Shown: piece after piece, positions 58,670 to 64,000 of the stretch
How positions within the stretch are numbered: position 1 is the first letter of the stretch
Layout: each line of letters starts with the position of its first letter
Source of the DNA: a virus
Length of the DNA stretch: 64,000 bases
Direction: 5' to 3' (one strand)
Virus record (IMG/VR): IMGVR_UViG_3300002835_000026
Notes under the pieces: model-generated
Told to the model about the DNA's origin: nothing
Seen by the model: the letters and a program-made list of their open reading frames with translations, nothing else
The model's database searches: none
Made by a program: the position numbers and the translations under genes

Positions 58670-60346
58670 TTAAATAGTATTTAATCCTTGGATATAGATC
58701 TTACCATAAAATTCTGGTCTTAACATTTTCTTAGCGTAACGAGTTAATAAACCTTTACGTGGAGTAAATGTATCTGGATCGTACACAAGTGGAGTCATAA
58801 TTAATGGAACATATGGAGCAAATACAGCACCAGCTTCTAAGAATTGTGAACCTCTGTAACCTAATAACATGATATTTTCAGTCATGTAAGGGTTTTTGTA
58901 AACTGTGTAACGGCCATTTAATTGACCTGCTTTTTGTACACCGAAAGCGTATTCCATTTGAGCAGCATCACCATTGTTGTTAGAAGCAAATCCTGGGATT
59001 GATTCTAATACTGTAGCTACAGTTGGAGATGTAACGATGAAGTTAGCACCACCTCTTAAAGTTAATTGGTGAATTTTGTTGCTTAATTTTTGGATTTTAG
59101 TTCCTAAAGTTTGGAACCATTGGCCTTGTGTGTTGTAGAACGCTGAACCAGCTGTTGAGAAAGTAGCTGTAGCTGGGTTGTAAACGTTGTTGTTAACTGT
59201 TGACCAGTACTCAGTACCCGCAGCAGCATCTTCGATCAACATATCTAAGATTTCAAGATCAATTTCCATTGAAATGTACTCAGACATGATGTTTGTTACT
59301 TCAGCTTCAGCATCAATGTTTTGGTAAGCAGCTAAATCTTGTGAGAATTCAGGTGTCCATACTGCTTTCAATTTTTTAGTTTTAGCAGTGATGGCTTGTG
59401 ATTGCATTTTAACATTAATCTCAGGAATAACGATAGATGAGTTATCTTGAGCATTTGGAACTGCGAATGATGACGAATCTTCAAAATCACCTACGTTATA
59501 CGGGCTCATTTGAGTAGCTTTGTTATACAAAATTGTATAAGCACCTGAGTTAGCAATTGTAGCTGAAGAAGCACTCACAAAGAATGTAATAGTGTTGTTT
59601 GTGTAATCAAATGTAGTAAACTGTTGTAAGTTATTAGCAGCAGTAATAGCTGAACCTGATAAAATTAAGAAACCTCTAACAGCATCCATATCAAATGAAG
59701 GGATGTTTGTAGAAGCAGTTACTAATGTGATTGCTTTGATTTGACCTGCAGCAACTGAAGCTGAGTAATCTGAATCAAAGTTAGTTGTAGCTAACGTACC
59801 TGAAACGATAAGTGAACCAGTTGCAATTGTGATTGCCGATGATGAGAATTGGTTGGTAGAGTAAGTGAAACGACCTGTTCCGTATAAACCACCTGATGGT
59901 GCTGGAGTTGCAAACGGGAATTCACCTGTTGCATTTCTGTTACCATACAATGAACTACCTACTGCAAATGGATCTTTAGCTGTTCCGTATTGGAAGTCTA
60001 AGAAGAACACAAGACCTGAAGGCATTGACATTGGTTGAACTGAAACAAATTCTTTTGCTGCAATTTGAGCAAATACTTTACGTACTAAAGGTAAAGCAAT
60101 ACCAGCCCAGTTTTCTGATTGACCAACAGAGAATGAACCTGCTGATGAACCTCCACCTGTATCTGATTGTTCCATAACTAATTGCTTAGCTTGGTTTTCT
60201 AATAATAAAGACATGTTGTTTGCCTCTACATTTGTTAAGCCTTCTAATAGACCCGTTTTGTTCCATTTAGAAGACAATTTAGCTGCATCGCTTTGGAGTG
60301 ATTTCCAAGGACTAGCTGATTCTAATAATGATTGAATTGTGCTCAT
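58670..60346 (-). CDS. gp23: Major capsid protein (T4 gp23-like)
   Basis: KWNKTGLLEG..LLENQ; PLVRKVF...VSVQPM.MPSGLVF; AKTKKLKAVWTPE..QDL; APYVPL...DPDTFTPRKGLLTRY. Confidence 0.95.
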   Translation of the reverse strand: MSTIQSLLESASPWKSLQSDAAKLSSKWNKTGLLEGLTNVEANNMSLLLENQAKQLVMEQSDTGGGSSAGSFSVGQSENWAGIALPLVRKVFAQIAAKEFVSVQPMSMPSGLVFFLDFQYGTAKDPFAVGSSLYGNRNATGEFPFATPAPSGGLYGTGRFTYSTNQFSSSAITIATGSLIVSGTLATTNFDSDYSASVAAGQIKAITLVTASTNIPSFDMDAVRGFLILSGSAITAANNLQQFTTFDYTNNTITFFVSASSATIANSGAYTILYNKATQMSPYNVGDFEDSSSFAVPNAQDNSSIVIPEINVKMQSQAITAKTKKLKAVWTPEFSQDLAAYQNIDAEAEVTNIMSEYISMEIDLEILDMLIEDAAAGTEYWSTVNNNVYNPATATFSTAGSAFYNTQGQWFQTLGTKIQKLSNKIHQLTLRGGANFIVTSPTVATVLESIPGFASNNNGDAAQMEYAFGVQKAGQLNGRYTVYKNPYMTENIMLLGYRGSQFLEAGAVFAPYVPLIMTPLVYDPDTFTPRKGLLTRYAKKMLRPEFYGKIYIQGLNTI

Positions 60347-60374
60347 TTTTTTTAAAATTTTTTTTTAAATTGTT

Positions 60375-61433
60375 TTATTTAATAATTCCTGCTATTTTTT
60401 GCATTCTTTTGAATGTGTCATTAACTTCTACAATAGGTTTTCTTGCCGATGGCATGATACCTGTTGTTTTAGATGCTAAACTAGTTTTCAATGATTCATT
60501 AACATGTGATTTAGAAGTTTCTTTTAAACCTTCTGATAATGTTTCGAATACTAATTTAGTTTCTTTTACTGTTGATGCTTTATCAAATGCATTTAAAACC
60601 TTTACTTTTTGTGACTCGGTTAAGTTTTTAGCTTTGAAAATTTTGTTAGTGTAAAGTAATTTCGCATTTAACAAATTAACTTCATTGATGTCAGTTCTCA
60701 TAGTAGCAATAGTTGACATAGCTTCTTCTAACTCTTTTTTAAGTTTAGTCATTTCTTCTTTGTCTTTCTTGTCTTCTTTGTCACCTTTTTTCTTAGCTTC
60801 GTCTAATGCGATTTCAGCTAAAATTTCATCAATTGAAACTTCTTCTTCTTCACTTTCCATTTCTTCGCCTTCTTCACCTTCCATGCCTTCACCAGCTTCT
60901 AATTCGCCAGATTCAACCATGTCTTTAATTACGTCTTCAATGAATGATTTTAACTCTTCTTCAGTCATGTCTTCAATGTTGATTTCTTCTTCAGTTTCAA
61001 CTTCTTCTTCACCTTCTGCTTCGTTTAATTCTTCTTTTTTCATTTCGTCGTCTTCAGCATGCATGTTTTCGTCTTTCATGTCTGCTTCTAATTCAGCTAA
61101 TAATTCGTCAAGATTAAGTTCATCTAATTCTTCTTCAGCTACATTACCATGTGCTGTTGGACCTTTTGGGTTGTTGATTAGATCTTCTTCTTCTTTAACT
61201 TCTTTGTAGCCCATTAAGTTTTCTTCTTTTTTAGAATACATTTCTTCCATATCATCCATCTCTGCTTCTTCAACATCCATTTCTTCCATTTCTGCAAGTT
61301 TAGCTGATAGCATAGATTTTAATTGTGGAGTAAAGTGTTCTTCAAGTGCTGCTTTTGCGCTTGCTATTGCTGTTTCTTTAACAACTTTAGCGTCTTCGAT
61401 TGCTTCTTTAAGCAAATCTCTGTTTTTACTCAT
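60375..61433 (-). CDS. Prohead scaffold/core protein
   Basis: Very acidic coiled coil between the protease and capsid genes; NEVNLLNAKLLY. The start MSKNRDLLKEAI (61433) is preferred over the track's 61463. Confidence 0.8.
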   Translation of the reverse strand: MSKNRDLLKEAIEDAKVVKETAIASAKAALEEHFTPQLKSMLSAKLAEMEEMDVEEAEMDDMEEMYSKKEENLMGYKEVKEEEDLINNPKGPTAHGNVAEEELDELNLDELLAELEADMKDENMHAEDDEMKKEELNEAEGEEEVETEEEINIEDMTEEELKSFIEDVIKDMVESGELEAGEGMEGEEGEEMESEEEEVSIDEILAEIALDEAKKKGDKEDKKDKEEMTKLKKELEEAMSTIATMRTDINEVNLLNAKLLYTNKIFKAKNLTESQKVKVLNAFDKASTVKETKLVFETLSEGLKETSKSHVNESLKTSLASKTTGIMPSARKPIVEVNDTFKRMQKIAGIIK

Positions 61434-61570
61434 TTGTCCTAAAATTTTGTTTGGGAAATACACTTATTTAAAGTGTAATAGAATTGTTATTTATAGATAC
61501 TGCAAATGCGATTGCGGGCAGTATATTCTAATATACATATGTCCAGATTATCTAAAACACACAGAAGTGT

Positions 61571-61598
61571 AAAGAGAAAGCTCTTCTTTTGGAAGAGC
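61571..61598 (-). terminator. Intrinsic terminator after the nuclease gene
   Basis: Minus strand GCTCTTC-CAAAA-GAAGAGC followed by TTTCTCTTT. Confidence 0.7.
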
Positions 61599-61604
61599 CA
61601 TGTT

Positions 61605-62198
61605 TTATTTACAATTACACTTAAACGTGTTTAAGTCTTTTGATGTAGGGGCAATGTTAAGAAAATAATAACAATACTTAGTGTTACCTACTTTTAATTC
61701 TTTATAGAATCCTTTAGGTATTGCCGCGTTTGTAGGTACACGTTTAGGTACTTTATCGTAATCTAATCTAACATATACTGATACAGTAGTTGTTTTTGCT
61801 TGTTCACGTTCCCATATTTCTAATGCTTTCCAAGGACCACGATTAAGTGATTGTTGTTGCATTGCTGAATTAATATAGGTAAATGTTGAGTATAACATTT
61901 CTTTAGTACAGTTAAATGAAGCAGCAGGAGCAATATGTCCTTTGTCCCACTCATTATTAACATAATCTTCGTTATCAGATGTTTTAATGTTTTTGTCTGT
62001 GTAGAATTCCATACCTGCTCTAGAAGCGGTACCTGTAGGACATTTAACAGTATAAGTAACCCATTTAGGTTGTTCTAAAATTTCAGAATATACAATACGA
62101 AAGTTAGGAGTTTGATAGTTAACACTATCTCTTAATTTAGTTTGTCCAAAAACTACTGTTGATAGGCAAACTAATATTACTAGAAATAAATTTTTCAT
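61605..62198 (-). CDS. DNA/RNA non-specific endonuclease (NucA/EndoG family) with signal peptide
   Basis: WDKGHIAPA, TFTYIN, LNRGPWKALE and IPKGFYK motifs. The start MKNLFLVILVCLSTVVFG-Q (62198) looks like a Sec signal. Confidence 0.88.
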   Translation of the reverse strand: MKNLFLVILVCLSTVVFGQTKLRDSVNYQTPNFRIVYSEILEQPKWVTYTVKCPTGTASRAGMEFYTDKNIKTSDNEDYVNNEWDKGHIAPAASFNCTKEMLYSTFTYINSAMQQQSLNRGPWKALEIWEREQAKTTTVSVYVRLDYDKVPKRVPTNAAIPKGFYKELKVGNTKYCYYFLNIAPTSKDLNTFKCNCK

Positions 62199-62199
62199 G

Positions 62200-62805
62200 T
62201 TAGAATAACGGACATGATCCATTAGCACATAGAATATCAGTAATAATTGAATTAATTTTACCGTATTGATTTGTACCTGGAGTATATGATTCGTTTAAGT
62301 TGGTTGGTTGCATCCATGAACCAGGATTAGAAGGTGTTGAAACAAAATCCCAACATAGTAATTCAAAGTCATCTTGTACTTCCATTACATTACCTTTTTG
62401 TTCTAACGAACCCATTCCTCTTGATGATACACCTACTGTAATACCACTTTCAATTAATGCTTTTAAGATGTTACCAGATGGAGTAGGTAAAATTTCAATT
62501 AAACCCATTACATTATCTCCATTCCACCAGCATTTTTTAATATTATGTGAAACATTTTTTAAGTTAATAATTGAAGAATCTGGGTGGTCTAATTCACCTA
62601 ATGCTCTGTTTTCTCGAACTGATTCCATGTAGCGATCCATTTCACGTTCCCATAATTCTTTAGCGTAATATCTACCATTACCGTTTTTTACTTCGACAGT
62701 AGCTAACACACCTTCTACTAATATGTTACCTCCAGGATTAGTTCCTTCAGTTAACCTAACAGCTTTAGGAGAAAATAATTGTGTTTCAATTAATACTTGT
62801 CTCAT
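62200..62805 (-). CDS. gp21: Prohead maturation protease (T4 gp21-like)
   Basis: KNGNGRYY, ALGELDHP, GVSSRGMGS and DFVSTPS motifs. Confidence 0.93.
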   Translation of the reverse strand: MRQVLIETQLFSPKAVRLTEGTNPGGNILVEGVLATVEVKNGNGRYYAKELWEREMDRYMESVRENRALGELDHPDSSIINLKNVSHNIKKCWWNGDNVMGLIEILPTPSGNILKALIESGITVGVSSRGMGSLEQKGNVMEVQDDFELLCWDFVSTPSNPGSWMQPTNLNESYTPGTNQYGKINSIITDILCANGSCPLF

Positions 62806-62811
62806 ATTACG

Positions 62812-64000
62812 TTAATTTGTATTTCTATTACTTATAATTTTTTCAATTGCATTTTTTCTTCCTCCAAATCCCTTAACACCTTGACCACTTAATATATCTC
62901 TTAATTCATCATCTGTTATATTACGATCATTAATTTGCTTTTGGTATTTCATTAACAACATGTTTTCAGATCTATTATCTGCCTCTTTACCTAACTCTTC
63001 AGGTGATCGCTTTAATGGTGTTACATCTGGGTTTGAAGAAGGTCTTGATAATATATCTCGGTCATGAATACCTTCTTTAATAGTTTTAGCTTTAGGTAAA
63101 TCACCATATCCGCTTGACTTATATTTACCTTTAGGTGCAATTGTTAATTTTTCAGTTTTAAATCCTACTCCTTTAGTTCCAAACATAGCATTTTTAGCAT
63201 AATAGTTTATGTCTTTAACCATGTTTTTAAGTACAATTTGTTTTAACTCATCAACTGTTTTAGTTTTGTTTTTAGGATCTTTCATTTCAGCATAGTAGCC
63301 ATTTAAGAAAGATGTACCATAAACATTATCAATATTTTTCTTATCTTCAGTATTATATTGATCAGCTAAATCTTTTTTAACTTGTTTAGATGGTTTTTTA
63401 AACTCATCATAATCACCATATAGTTTTCTATTTGGAACACCAATGACTTCTGATAATGTTTCTTCTTTAACTGGTCTTAACAACATTGGTTTAGTTACAA
63501 ATAACTCTCTACCATCTTCTGTCTTGCCTTTAATTTGTTTAATTTTGCCATCTACTTTATCTACTAAAGTAATTTCTACTTTATCATCACCAATCATAGC
63601 TTTATCACCAACTTTAACTTTAGAGCCAAATGATAAATCACTATGTGAAGTACCTAATACATCACCTTCATTTGTATTTAAAAGAGGTTTTATATCTTGT
63701 GTAAATATTTCAGTTTCAGTGAATTTCTTTCCATCAGCCATTATAATCATATCAAGATCTTCTTTTTTAAGTTCTCCTGATTTAAGAGCATTAAATAAAT
63801 CAATAGCTCTAGTGATGTTTTTATCATTTAATAATTTAGCACCTCCATTACGCTTTATCATACCTACAGCCTGCCCAAAGGGACCATCAGAAGCTGAAGT
63901 CATATCTACTGCCTCATTACTTGTATTTTCTCTAAAAATTTCTAACCAAGATGATGATGGTTTGTGACTAATTACACCACCAATACCTTCACTTAAAATA
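62812..64000 (-). CDS. Putative prohead core/internal protein (5' end off the window)
   Basis: The frame stays open from 63999 (ILSEGIGGVISHKP...) into the 363-aa ORF. Charged composition; adjacent to gp21. Confidence 0.6.
   Translation of the reverse strand, partial: ILSEGIGGVISHKPSSSWLEIFRENTSNEAVDMTSASDGPFGQAVGMIKRNGGAKLLNDKNITRAIDLFNALKSGELKKEDLDMIIMADGKKFTETEIFTQDIKPLLNTNEGDVLGTSHSDLSFGSKVKVGDKAMIGDDKVEITLVDKVDGKIKQIKGKTEDGRELFVTKPMLLRPVKEETLSEVIGVPNRKLYGDYDEFKKPSKQVKKDLADQYNTEDKKNIDNVYGTSFLNGYYAEMKDPKNKTKTVDELKQIVLKNMVKDINYYAKNAMFGTKGVGFKTEKLTIAPKGKYKSSGYGDLPKAKTIKEGIHDRDILSRPSSNPDVTPLKRSPEELGKEADNRSENMLLMKYQKQINDRNITDDELRDILSGQGVKGFGGRKNAIEKIISNRNTN

Noticed and set aside
1-64000. Stop-codon reassignment, introns/inteins, tRNA genes, integrase or transposase
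   Set aside because: Conserved genes are full-length in the standard code with TAA, TAG and TGA all used as stops. RNR, RecA and helicase are normal-sized. I recognised no tRNA or mobile-element signature by eye; a tRNAscan run would be needed to be certain.

Overview
This window is a 64 kb segment of a large, strongly AT-rich, T4-like myovirus genome. Essentially every real gene lies on the minus strand, so it reads from right to left. From the right end: head genes (prohead core-like protein, gp21 protease, signal-peptide nuclease, scaffold, gp23 capsid, PhoH, gp13/14/15-like neck and terminator); a 3522-aa proline-free Gly-X-Ser fibre with an S74 chaperone; a glycan-synthesis cluster (two GT9-like genes, an LpxA-like acyltransferase, an NDP-sugar dehydratase and a five-domain GT/methyltransferase); a second short Gly-X-Ser protein; the contractile tail (sheath, tube, frameshifting chaperone, tape measure, baseplate). 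Then come replication genes (short PolA-like, SSB, RecA/UvsX, 5'-3' exonuclease, DnaB), class II RNR, a MoxR-vWA module, and a 7-deazaguanine cluster (TGT/DpdA-like, QueC, QueD, QueE, thioredoxins, HPRT). Eight TTTG-N19/20-TAnnTT(T/A) promoters suggest a Bacteroidota host. The leading candidate for a novel system is a phage-encoded glycosylated collagen-like fibre locus. Other notable items are a capsid-targeting peptide shared by the scaffold C-terminus and two cargo N-termini, a Cys-less QueC with an adjacent HPRT, and a +1/-2 tail-chaperone frameshift. All calls come from motif recognition by eye; no searches were run.
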